From positions 512,001 to 576,000 of the forward strand of contig OY970340.1 of assembly GCA_963717465.1 (NCBI GenBank): a stretch of DNA of 64,000 bases, given 5' to 3'. The position numbers were made by a program, and so were the translations under genes. Under the pieces are notes generated by a model, which saw nothing but the letters and a program-made list of their open reading frames with translations, did no database searches and had not been told where the DNA came from. This document shows, in pieces, positions 30,773 to 39,754 of this stretch (positions within the stretch are counted from its first letter, which is position 1; each line of letters opens with the position of its first letter). Source of the stretch: Candidatus Bathyarchaeota archaeon (GTDB taxonomy: Archaea; Thermoproteota; Bathyarchaeia; Bathyarchaeales; Bathycorpusculaceae).

Positions 30773-31651
30773 TTAAGATACGGTGATGTAACTATCTGCC
30801 GGCAAAGCCGATGGAGTCTTGAACGCAACTGTAAGCGTTGAGGAATCTTGCGTTTTTATCTCAACAGTTATTGCTGACGTAGCAGAGGCCTGTGCATTAG
30901 AGCTGAGGGTAATTATCAAGTAACCTTCTGAACCGGAATCTAGTGTCTGGTCTCCATTGCTATTAGCGATTGCAAGGACTGCCCCAGTGCTAAACCCATT
31001 TGCATACGCTGTGGAATATGTTCCATTTACGTATGTGCTGCAGGAGGCGCCGCTCGTTGTTTGATTTGCTAGTTCAAAGCCGACAAAGTTGTCGAATTGC
31101 TGTCCAACTGGGTCGTATACTGTACTTGTTGCATTGTAAACGATGTCGTCATTGGTATATCCTGTGTACATGATGCCATGATACACATTTGCCCAAGCTT
31201 GATTACCAACTTGAAGCATCACGCTTGTTTCGTTTCCTTGCATGTTAACGGAGTTTACCCCAAATGCCTTTAATGGAATTACAATGAGGTCTATAGATCC
31301 GCCACTTGAGGTTGTTCGAACAATGGTCGACCCATCCGTCATCAAAGGTGTACTTGCTTCCTGTAGTCCCTGTTGGATCACAGTTTTGCCTTCATTTGTT
31401 GCGAATAATCCCTGGTTGACAACCATGAAGCTGAAGGCTGCGGCAATAGTTACGAAGGCGATGAGTATAATTGCGGTTTCTAAACCTACGATACCCCGTT
31501 TTTGCTTTACAAAATCCTCCAGGAATTTAGCTCGTCCTGAATTGCGAACTTTTTGATTACATGAAGGACAACTTACCATTTGAAGTACAGATCTTGTATT
31601 CCATTGGTATCCACATTTTGGGCATTTTATGTTCGGTTTTTGTTTAATCAA
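30773..31651 (-). CDS. arlB: archaellin with an N-terminal zinc-ribbon leader
   Basis: 'KQKRG|IVGLETAIILIAFV' at residues 53/54, preceded by CPKC-x14-CPSC. Confidence 0.9.
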   Translation of the reverse strand: MIKQKPNIKCPKCGYQWNTRSVLQMVSCPSCNQKVRNSGRAKFLEDFVKQKRGIVGLETAIILIAFVTIAAAFSFMVVNQGLFATNEGKTVIQQGLQEASTPLMTDGSTIVRTTSSGGSIDLIVIPLKAFGVNSVNMQGNETSVMLQVGNQAWANVYHGIMYTGYTNDDIVYNATSTVYDPVGQQFDNFVGFELANQTTSGASCSTYVNGTYSTAYANGFSTGAVLAIANSNGDQTLDSGSEGYLIITLSSNAQASATSAITVEIKTQDSSTLTVAFKTPSALPADSYITVS

Positions 31652-31655
31652 CTTA

Positions 31656-31685
31656 TACCACTTCTACTACTTCTACCACTTCTAC
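31656..31685. repeat. three tandem 9-bp repeats upstream of the zinc-ribbon archaellin
   Basis: TACCACTTC-TACTACTTC-TACCACTTC-TAC, ending 4 nt before the TTG start. Confidence 0.75.
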
Positions 31686-31850
31686 TTATAGTAGTTAGTA
31701 TTAAGTATTAAGATATACTATATTTAAACTTATTGCAAATAAGTATTCAAAAAACTAACCGTACTACACAAATACAAAATCATAATAGAAATCCATAACT
31801 AAAAAAATGATGGAAAAATAAGAACTGAAAAACTAAAACAAAATCAGAAC

Positions 31851-33419
31851 TTAAACGGACATTTTTAATGAAGGCATCGTATTCAACATAGAATTTATCA
31901 AATTATAAGAAACTATCCAAGTTGCTCCGCTTAAAACAAACAAGATTCCAAGATTCAGGAAAAATGTTCCCCAGTATCCGCCAGAAACCGCTTTAATCGA
32001 TAAAGCATTTACTACAGCAGTCGCTATGATCAAAACCACATTGCCGATTTGAATGACGGCAATGGGCATAGTATTAAACCCAAAGTATGCTACGGTACCC
32101 AAATATGTTGACATAAAACTTGCAAGGACTTCCAGAACTGTAAGGAGAACAACGCTCAGAGGCTGCGTAACCAAAACCACCATCTGAAAACTGCTTGCAA
32201 CAACGTCACGCATTTTTCTAAACTCAAGAAATTTAACGACACGGTTTCCTATCGCGTTAGATATTGTAAGGGGATTAGCACCTCTATCCAAAGCATCAAA
32301 CAGTATTTTATTACTTACATGAATATGATAGGATGCTGCCTCTTCGGAAAGCGCTTCTAGGGATTGCCTGTGATTTATGCCTAAATCCACTCTTGCTATT
32401 GTTGAACGGACAAGCTTGCGTAAAGGTCCAAGTTCCATATGAAGAATAAACGAAAGCGACGTTTTCAAATCAGAAGTTGAAGCCAAGTTTTCACCTAACG
32501 CTTTTAAGAACGTGGGGTAATTCGTCTCAATTTGATTTACTCGTCTTTCGAGCAAGTATCCGAATGTGCCTGGAATAATTGTGCCCAAACCAAAGATTAT
32601 CATAGCATACGGTGCACCCGCTTTAAGGTAAACAAAATAAGATAGAACAACAAAAACAGGCATGACAAACAAAGCAGTCCATTTCAGACATTTATAAGCA
32701 CTTGGCGGGTGTTTTCCAATGTGAACAATTCTTTCTCTGGCTGTTGAATACCATAAGAGGAAAAACATAAGTACGTTCGAAAAAACTGCGACAACATAGC
32801 CTACCCATAACATGTTTCCACTAGCCATGAATACATTCATGAGCACTAAAGTCATAATCAAAAAGATAAGTATGCTTTGGAACGCTGCAAATACGCCCCC
32901 AATAGCCTCCAAAGTTTTAACCATTCTTTCGTAATACCCTGAATACTCTTCCATAAGCATAGAATTCTCCATTTCCAAGTATCCCCTAGGCTCTACGCTG
33001 GAAAACGTGTTCGTACTTCTTATGAGAATGTCCTTTAATGGGGGCTTAACAGTCTTAGCAATCTGATTAGTTGCACTGGTTACTCCATAACCAAAATCCT
33101 TGGCTAAATTACGTATTTTATGGAAAATCTTACTGTAAAAACCGTAATCTTTGCTTTCTGCAATTGTGTTTACAAGATCTTGCGGCGTTGTTTCGCCTAA
33201 AGTTAGGCTATACATGTGGAAGATAACTGTCGTCAAAGTCTGGTCAATTCTTTTCTTAATTGCTCTTTTTCCCGTGTACATTATAATGAATACAAAACTT
33301 AATCCAACACCCAAACTAATTATCGCTTCAATAAATTCGCGACTAAGCATGAAATACAGTGAAAAGATTAGTGTAGGTGTCAATACCAAAACTAATTTGT
33401 TTGTCCGACTTAGGACCAT
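31851..33419 (-). CDS. arlJ: archaellum membrane platform protein
   Basis: Two T2SSF-like cytoplasmic domains with TM bundles, 'YPTFLKALG'; follows the ATPase. Confidence 0.88.
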   Translation of the reverse strand: MVLSRTNKLVLVLTPTLIFSLYFMLSREFIEAIISLGVGLSFVFIIMYTGKRAIKKRIDQTLTTVIFHMYSLTLGETTPQDLVNTIAESKDYGFYSKIFHKIRNLAKDFGYGVTSATNQIAKTVKPPLKDILIRSTNTFSSVEPRGYLEMENSMLMEEYSGYYERMVKTLEAIGGVFAAFQSILIFLIMTLVLMNVFMASGNMLWVGYVVAVFSNVLMFFLLWYSTARERIVHIGKHPPSAYKCLKWTALFVMPVFVVLSYFVYLKAGAPYAMIIFGLGTIIPGTFGYLLERRVNQIETNYPTFLKALGENLASTSDLKTSLSFILHMELGPLRKLVRSTIARVDLGINHRQSLEALSEEAASYHIHVSNKILFDALDRGANPLTISNAIGNRVVKFLEFRKMRDVVASSFQMVVLVTQPLSVVLLTVLEVLASFMSTYLGTVAYFGFNTMPIAVIQIGNVVLIIATAVVNALSIKAVSGGYWGTFFLNLGILFVLSGATWIVSYNLINSMLNTMPSLKMSV

Positions 33420-35074
33420 GGAATTTCCATCCCTCTTATTCTACGTTGCACTTCCCAAATTCCTAAACTGCGTGCAGTGGCCATTGTTTTGGCTACATCA
33501 GTGTATGAAGGAAAGTTTTCTGCGAGGAAACTAAGCACTTCAGCCCTTGCTTGCATTTCATCATAAATATCTTTGATTTTGTCTTTACTCCAGCCTCTAA
33601 ATGCAAGAACTTTATTCTCTAAATGGAAGCTGGAACCCATAAATCGGAATTGATCTAAGTTTTCATCATAAATAAAGATTGGTAAATAGTTTAATTTTCC
33701 CCCATCGGGTTCATAACCGATAACTTCGTTAATAGAGGTGCATCTTCTGATAAATTTCGTTCCTTTCTCAATTCTAGCCTGGAAAATAACTAGATTTAAG
33801 CCGTCTATGTGACTTTTTGGGACGTCAATCGGGTATGACGTCAGCCTTTGAAATAGTTGTCCAAGAGAACCTGCGTGCATTGTAGATAGCACAGGGTGTC
33901 CAGTTTCAACAGCTTGAAAAGCTACTTTCCCTTCTTCACCTCGTAATTCACCAACGATTATGTAGTCAGGTCTTTGTCTTAAGGCCGCTTTTAGCAGGTC
34001 GAACATCGTAACCTGAACTCCAGTGTGCAACCTTGTAACTTCTCTGATCCAGTTTTTGTGGAGGAGATTAATTTCCGGTGTTTCTTCTATGCTGATAATT
34101 TTTGAATCCTGACCGATAAAGGATGTTAAGGCATTCAAAGTTGTCGTTTTGCCAGAGGCTGTCTCACCGCATACTAATGCTGAAACGCCTACCTCAAAGA
34201 GCATCCAAAGATAGGCTGCTAATTCAGCGGTGAACGTGTGCCACTTGATTAACTGCGCGACTGAAATCGGCTCTGTTGGAAACTTCCTTACTGTAAAGTT
34301 GCTGCCTCTTAGGCTTATATCTTCGCCGAAGACTATGTTTAATCTTGAACCATCATCCAAATGAATATCAATTATCGGGTGAGTATAACTTAGAACTTTT
34401 CCGTGCCGTTCCGCTATATTTCTTAGCAACTTGTTAATGGCTTCTTGAGAAAGATCAAGGCTTGTTTCCAAATTGCCAAAAGTGTTGTGGTAAACAAAGA
34501 TTTTACCTGCTCCAGGGATGCTTATGTCTTCAAGCCCTGGATCTGCCAGAAACCCGTCTAAGAAGCCATTTCCGATTTTTTCTCGTAAAAAATGGTAAAG
34601 CAGATTAGTTTCATCAGTTCCTTTTGGAATTTTAACATTCCCCTTCTTTAAGGCGCGCCTAAAGAGCGTAGCTAAAATCTGTGTTTTTTTTTCACCGTAA
34701 TCTTTGCTTTCTACGAGTCTTGCAACTTCTTCTTCAATTGCAGTTAACAATTTTTGGTCTGGCTTTGGCGGTTCGATAATATTGTACCTGTTGCCTGTTT
34801 CATCCATGACCACGTTTGCGTAAATGCCTAAACCTAACGGATAAATTATGTTAACAAACTTTTTGTACGTTATAGCGCTAGCATCACGCGTGTACTCGGG
34901 CGGATCAGGCATTCCTTCAACATAAGATTTCAGGTAAGGGTGCTTTTGCATGGCAGTTGTTAAACTATCGTATACCTCGCGGTTGAATAAGCCTAAATCC
35001 ACGTCTTCCAATTTCTTGTGTCTAACGCGATATATCTTTTTCAAAATTTTTTTAGCTGGAGCCAAAACCGACAT
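33410..35074 (-). CDS. arlI: archaellum assembly/motor ATPase
   Basis: 'GETASGKTT', 'ALRQRPDYIIVGELRG', 'TGHPVLSTMHA'. Confidence 0.93.
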   Translation of the reverse strand: MSVLAPAKKILKKIYRVRHKKLEDVDLGLFNREVYDSLTTAMQKHPYLKSYVEGMPDPPEYTRDASAITYKKFVNIIYPLGLGIYANVVMDETGNRYNIIEPPKPDQKLLTAIEEEVARLVESKDYGEKKTQILATLFRRALKKGNVKIPKGTDETNLLYHFLREKIGNGFLDGFLADPGLEDISIPGAGKIFVYHNTFGNLETSLDLSQEAINKLLRNIAERHGKVLSYTHPIIDIHLDDGSRLNIVFGEDISLRGSNFTVRKFPTEPISVAQLIKWHTFTAELAAYLWMLFEVGVSALVCGETASGKTTTLNALTSFIGQDSKIISIEETPEINLLHKNWIREVTRLHTGVQVTMFDLLKAALRQRPDYIIVGELRGEEGKVAFQAVETGHPVLSTMHAGSLGQLFQRLTSYPIDVPKSHIDGLNLVIFQARIEKGTKFIRRCTSINEVIGYEPDGGKLNYLPIFIYDENLDQFRFMGSSFHLENKVLAFRGWSKDKIKDIYDEMQARAEVLSFLAENFPSYTDVAKTMATARSLGIWEVQRRIRGMEIPWS

Positions 35075-35086
35075 GCATGCACCTCC

Positions 35087-35788
35087 CTAGAGTTTTACGC
35101 CGCTAAGAGGCATTACTCGCAAGCCGATCTGAGAGCTAACTGCAAGAGTTATCGAGCTCTTTCTTTCACCGTTTACTCCCCAAAGCTTTATAGTTCTAAG
35201 TAATTTGACGTCTATTCCGGATATGCAAGCGTTTTCTAATACAAAGTAGGCGTCAGAGTTTGCTCTAAGTTTCATTATGGATTCTTCTGAAAGAAATTCA
35301 GGGTGAAACGTAATAACAACGGTCTTGTTATATGCGACTAGATTTTTTATTTTGGTGATGAACGTTAAGAACTCGTATAACGGTGTATCCATAGTTAAGA
35401 CGCTTAGGCTGTCGATAACAACAACATCATAATCGTGTTTTTTTGATTCAAGAAATTTCGTTATTATCATTAAAAAAAGAGCACTCTTTGACTTGCTCCA
35501 TCTTCCGCCCTCAACATGCAAAGGGAAAATTTTGAGGTAACCGTATAAATAGTAATTGTACGGGTCAAGCCTCACTGATTCCATCATTGAAAGATATTCC
35601 ATAGCCCTTGCTTCGCTTGAAATCACGTAAACTCTAGATTGATTCTTAAGCATCGCATGAACTATTTGCTGAACGAACACGGTTTTCCCAGAGCCATGAT
35701 CGCCTTCAACAAGCATTAGGCTGGGCGTCGGTATTCCACCACCGAGGTCCCTGTCCAATTCTGGAATGCCTAACTTCACTACTTTCAT
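35087..35788 (-). CDS. arlH: archaellum KaiC-like nucleotide-binding protein
   Basis: 'LGGGIP', 'EGDHGSGKT', 'IDSLS'. Confidence 0.92.
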   Translation of the reverse strand: MKVVKLGIPELDRDLGGGIPTPSLMLVEGDHGSGKTVFVQQIVHAMLKNQSRVYVISSEARAMEYLSMMESVRLDPYNYYLYGYLKIFPLHVEGGRWSKSKSALFLMIITKFLESKKHDYDVVVIDSLSVLTMDTPLYEFLTFITKIKNLVAYNKTVVITFHPEFLSEESIMKLRANSDAYFVLENACISGIDVKLLRTIKLWGVNGERKSSITLAVSSQIGLRVMPLSGVKL

Positions 35789-36312
35789 TGTGGACCAGCA
35801 GTCTCCCCTGTTGCTGTCACGCCATAGTAAGAAGCAAAGATTATGGATACAATGTCTTGGGATAAGATTTCTGGGGCTCCATCTGGAATACTCAGGGTAA
35901 TGTTGGCTTGTTCATCTGGATTTAAAACATTATGAGTTACTATGTTAAAGGTGGTGTTGGTACCTGAAATTCCGATTTCTGTTATTTGGTATCCTTCGAT
36001 TGCGTAAGAATTCACTTCTGAGCTGTTACCGTAGGTCAAGATTATTGTATTCCAATTGTAGCCGCTGGAATTTTGAAGGAATATTGTTGTTGACCCAATA
36101 TTCGTTACTGTAATGTTGCATGATGTGGCGCTTACTGAATTAACGGTCAATTGTATGTGTGTATTGAGTTTTTCTTGCTGAGTAGTTGCATAACCATTTG
36201 CTGTTACTGAGAGGTCATTGATACTTGTGAAAAAGACTGCTGAAACTCCGGTAAAGAACACCAAAAAGCCTATGAGCACTACAAACGAAGCTATCGCAAC
36301 AGAAAAACCCAT
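35785..36312 (-). CDS. arlF: archaellum stator protein ArlF-like
   Basis: 'MGFSVAIA' N-terminal TM, 'VTNIGST', 'LNPDE'; position directly before arlH. Confidence 0.7.
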   Translation of the reverse strand: MGFSVAIASFVVLIGFLVFFTGVSAVFFTSINDLSVTANGYATTQQEKLNTHIQLTVNSVSATSCNITVTNIGSTTIFLQNSSGYNWNTIILTYGNSSEVNSYAIEGYQITEIGISGTNTTFNIVTHNVLNPDEQANITLSIPDGAPEILSQDIVSIIFASYYGVTATGETAGPQ

Positions 36313-36321
36313 CTTTCAGCC

Positions 36322-36813
36322 TCATGTTAACGTTGAGAAGAGATAATCATTTCCAATTCCATTAGCAGGTACTACTTTAACTTCAAAAGTTGTGCCGTTA
36401 ATTGCCTCGGTTGGGTAAGCATATATGATTGCAGTTTCTCGCGGTTCCCATACTCCGTTCCCATTTGTGTCTACAATGTAGAACTTTCCGCTTCCTGCCA
36501 AAGCGTTTGAAGCATAATTATAGAGTTGGGCGCTGCCATAATTGCCAACGTAAACGTCCATATCCGCGTAATCGGTTATTGGAAGACTGCCTGTGTTCTT
36601 GGCGTATACTACAAAAACTGGTTGGCTCGTATTCGCTGTGGCATAAATTACTTGTACCTGCGTGTCCACGTTGTTTTTTGCGTTGTTAGCTTCTTGTGTC
36701 ACTTCATTCTGCACAATATTGCCAGTATAGAAGGCACAAGCAACAAAAGCACTTGCTAATATTACAGCACCTATAACCATAATTATGTGGGTTATGGTGA
36801 CTGAGAAGCCCAT
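36322..36813 (-). CDS. arlG: archaellum stator protein ArlG-like
   Basis: 'THIIMVIGAVILAS', 'YAKNTGS', 'DVYVG', 'WEPRET'. Confidence 0.75.
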   Translation of the reverse strand: MGFSVTITHIIMVIGAVILASAFVACAFYTGNIVQNEVTQEANNAKNNVDTQVQVIYATANTSQPVFVVYAKNTGSLPITDYADMDVYVGNYGSAQLYNYASNALAGSGKFYIVDTNGNGVWEPRETAIIYAYPTEAINGTTFEVKVVPANGIGNDYLFSTLT

Positions 36814-37502
36814 TTGTTGGTGCCTCTATTCGACTTCGGCTTTTTGTTGATCTGGTGTTCTGTCACTGCAACGAGTGTTTCCATATCAGCTGGGTCTAAG
36901 TCACTTTTTGTCAATGCAGCCGCTTTGTATAAGAATAACAGCAAATGTCCTTTACCTAAGCCTATTGACCTAAACTTTTCACACGTAACTGCTAAAGAAT
37001 AAATCAACTCGTTAGCTTGTGGCGCTACATAACCCATTAACTCGCATAAACGAGCTAATTCTCGAATATCGCCGGCAGCTAATCCAACGTCAAAAAGATC
37101 CCAAATCCAGTTAATATACTTCGACGCTACAATCGGCTTGACCACCGCTGACTGGGCAGGTTTGCTAGTTTCCTCGATCTGCGGAATCAAAGGTTCCAGC
37201 TTTTTGTCATCATTAGTTCTTGGTTTTCCCAAACTAATGGACTTTATACCCGGCGGGAGACTTTGGTTTTGAACATCTTCTTTCTCACTTGATATTGATT
37301 TCAAAACATTGAACGGATTCTCTATCTCAGTAACAGTAGCGCGTATGTTTGAAATGGATTTCTTGAGGTCACTAACTGAAGATTGAATTTCATTCGATAA
37401 TTCATCAATATCTGTTTTTAGCTCAACAATTTGGTTTTTTTCTTTGGCAGAGTTTGAAAAACTACCATTCTTTGCCTTATTATTATTTTCAACACTTTGC
37501 AT
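36792..37502 (-). CDS. probable ArlC/D/E-like switch protein
   Basis: Coiled coil ending in 'TEIENPFN' (ArlC-like), a low-complexity linker, then 'WIWDL...LCELMGYV' resembling the ArlD/E domain; first gene of the arl operon. Confidence 0.55.
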   Translation of the reverse strand: MQSVENNNKAKNGSFSNSAKEKNQIVELKTDIDELSNEIQSSVSDLKKSISNIRATVTEIENPFNVLKSISSEKEDVQNQSLPPGIKSISLGKPRTNDDKKLEPLIPQIEETSKPAQSAVVKPIVASKYINWIWDLFDVGLAAGDIRELARLCELMGYVAPQANELIYSLAVTCEKFRSIGLGKGHLLLFLYKAAALTKSDLDPADMETLVAVTEHQINKKPKSNRGTNKWASQSP

Positions 37503-37743
37503 AGCGTCGATATCATTATTTGCCAAACAGATTTCTCCTATGTAGTGATAATTTAAGTCGTTAGCGGTCATTATCTTAGGCAAAACCCTATATAATTTAT
37601 GAAGCCTGAATCAATATTGAGCCTGCAGCACGAATAAAAACGCAAAAGTAAAGAACACAACCCTGCTTAGATAGCCGTCCGTATCCGTGAACTTTAAATG
37701 CATGAGTCCAGAAAGTACACATCGAACAATAGGCGCTGATTAA

Positions 37744-38250
37744 ATGAATCCCGATGAACTTAAAAAAACAGATAGCGAAAACCAAAAAGATCAGTTTGTG
37801 GGACCAATTTATTCGAAAAAAGATGTTAGAAAAATTGTCTCAGAGTTTGCCTCTTCATGGATAAAAGGAACAATAATTATTCGCTTTCCAACTGCAGTGG
37901 AACTTGGAAAGAAAACTCCGCTGAACATTGCGTTTCCAACGGATCCATCTGTAAATGCAGAATTAAAAATAAAAGAATACTTTGTTGACTCACTATCTGT
38001 TTGCGCTGGAACTAAGAAGGCTTCAGTTGAGGAACAGGAGAAAGCAGTCACGGAAGTTTTTAAAATGCTACTAATGTTCCGATCAGCCAATAGAATAGAA
38101 GGCAAAATAATATCAGATGACTTAGAAAAGAAAATTGAAGCCCTAGAAAAAACCGTTAAGAATCAAGCGAGACTTTTAGATCAGGTTACGGGGTTTTTGT
38201 TTACACCGAAACCGAAAAAACATACTAAACAAAAACCAGTTAGCCAATAA
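37744..38250 (+). CDS. hypothetical protein with C-terminal coiled coil
   Basis: 168-aa ORF divergent from the arl operon. Confidence 0.65.
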   Translation: MNPDELKKTDSENQKDQFVGPIYSKKDVRKIVSEFASSWIKGTIIIRFPTAVELGKKTPLNIAFPTDPSVNAELKIKEYFVDSLSVCAGTKKASVEEQEKAVTEVFKMLLMFRSANRIEGKIISDDLEKKIEALEKTVKNQARLLDQVTGFLFTPKPKKHTKQKPVSQ

Positions 38251-38350
38251 GCAACTTTTTAAAAACATAAATCGAATTTTTTTATCGCAAAAAGGCGTGA
38301 GCCGTTAAAAGCATAATCATTATCTCTAACTTAGTCAAACTGGATAGTAA

Positions 38351-39445
38351 ATGGAGAGGAAACAAGTGCCCAAAAACTATACTTACACTGAAGCAGGTGT
38401 AAATCGCAGCAAACGTGCAGAATCCAAAAAAGAATTAAAAACGCTGTTTGAGACCTACAAGCAGAGTTACTTCGGCGATGTTTTGCGTTTGCCATACGGT
38501 AACGTTTTTCCCATCGGCGCGAACACTTTCTTGGATTTAGTAATCGAGGGTGTAGGTACAAAAGTTCTCATGGCACAACTGGCAGAGAAGTATGACACCA
38601 TTGGCATTGATGCTGTTGCAATGGCTGTTAATGATGTAATACGTTCAGGTGCTAAACCGCTCGCCATCGCAGATAACATTCATGCTAAAGCCAGTGACCC
38701 TGCACTGGTGAAAGCGTGGCTGCAGGGTATCGCTAAGGGAGCTATTGAATCTGAATGTCCAGTTACAGGCGGAGAAATCGGCGACGTAGCTGAAATAATT
38801 AATGGAATTCGTGAAAACGTTGGTTTTGACCTGGTTGTCTCCTCCATAGGGCAAGTAAGAAGAAAAGATGTCATAACGGGAGAGAACATCAAAGTCGGTG
38901 ACCCGATTGTTGGTTTAGCAAGCAGTGGTGTGCATAGTAACGGCATAACCCTAGTGAGAAAGATTCTTTTTAAACAGTGGGGTGGAAAATACGAGCCAAC
39001 GGATGTCCCCCAAGGATTAGAAAGACAGGTTGCATTGGAAGTTCTTGAGCCAACAAGAATCTACGTGAAAGAACTTTTAGCATTAGCTAGAGAAGTAAAG
39101 ATTAAAGCAGCAGTACACATAACAGGCGATGCTTACAATAAATTCTTAAACTTGAGCAATTATTCGCCAGGCATAGGTTTCGAGTTCAGCAATTTTAAAC
39201 CGCAACCAGTTTTTGGCTTAATCCAAAGGACAGCAGAGGAATTGGGATACAATATCTCAGATGAGGAGATGTTCAAAACCTTCAACATGGGATGGGGCTT
39301 TGCCGTAATAGTCGACAAAAAGGACACGGAGAAAGCTGTAAACACTCTTGAAGAAGTCCATGCGGCGCCTGAAATCATCGGAAAAATCACTAAAACAGGT
39401 AAAGTGGAAGTGCACTTCAACAATAAAAAGATGATTTTAACCTAA
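38351..39445 (+). CDS. purM: phosphoribosylformylglycinamidine cyclo-ligase (AIR synthetase)
   Basis: 'YTEAGV', 'EGVGTK', 'IGIDAVAMAVND', 'SSGVHSNG', 'HITG', 'EMFKTFNMG'. Confidence 0.95.
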   Translation: MERKQVPKNYTYTEAGVNRSKRAESKKELKTLFETYKQSYFGDVLRLPYGNVFPIGANTFLDLVIEGVGTKVLMAQLAEKYDTIGIDAVAMAVNDVIRSGAKPLAIADNIHAKASDPALVKAWLQGIAKGAIESECPVTGGEIGDVAEIINGIRENVGFDLVVSSIGQVRRKDVITGENIKVGDPIVGLASSGVHSNGITLVRKILFKQWGGKYEPTDVPQGLERQVALEVLEPTRIYVKELLALAREVKIKAAVHITGDAYNKFLNLSNYSPGIGFEFSNFKPQPVFGLIQRTAEELGYNISDEEMFKTFNMGWGFAVIVDKKDTEKAVNTLEEVHAAPEIIGKITKTGKVEVHFNNKKMILT

Positions 39446-39502
39446 TCTTTGCTGTCTTTTTGATGAAAGCGTTTAAATCTTCTTCATCATAATTTTTAGC
39501 CC

Positions 39503-39754
39503 ATGAAATACGCTGCGAAAATCGAAGTTAGCCTAAAACCTGGCCATAGTAACCCAGAAGGCGAAACAACTGCACATTTACTAAAAGAATTAGGATACAG
39601 TGTAAAGGCTGTGGATGTAAGCAAAGTCTACATAGTTACCCTTGAAGCCTCAAACCGTGTGGAAGCCAAAGCCAAAGCGGAAGAGATGAGCAAACGGTTA
39701 CTGGCTAACCCGACTAAAGACAATTACTCGATAATTGTTGAGGAGCAAAAATGA
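39503..39754 (+). CDS. purS: FGAM synthase subunit PurS
   Basis: 'LKPGHSNPEG', 'LLANP', 83 aa. Confidence 0.92.
   Translation: MKYAAKIEVSLKPGHSNPEGETTAHLLKELGYSVKAVDVSKVYIVTLEASNRVEAKAKAEEMSKRLLANPTKDNYSIIVEEQK

Noticed and set aside
30610..30828. 72-aa ORF spanning the inter-archaellin hairpin
   Set aside because: It overlaps the archaellin end, has no recognisable features, and is better explained as non-coding sequence.
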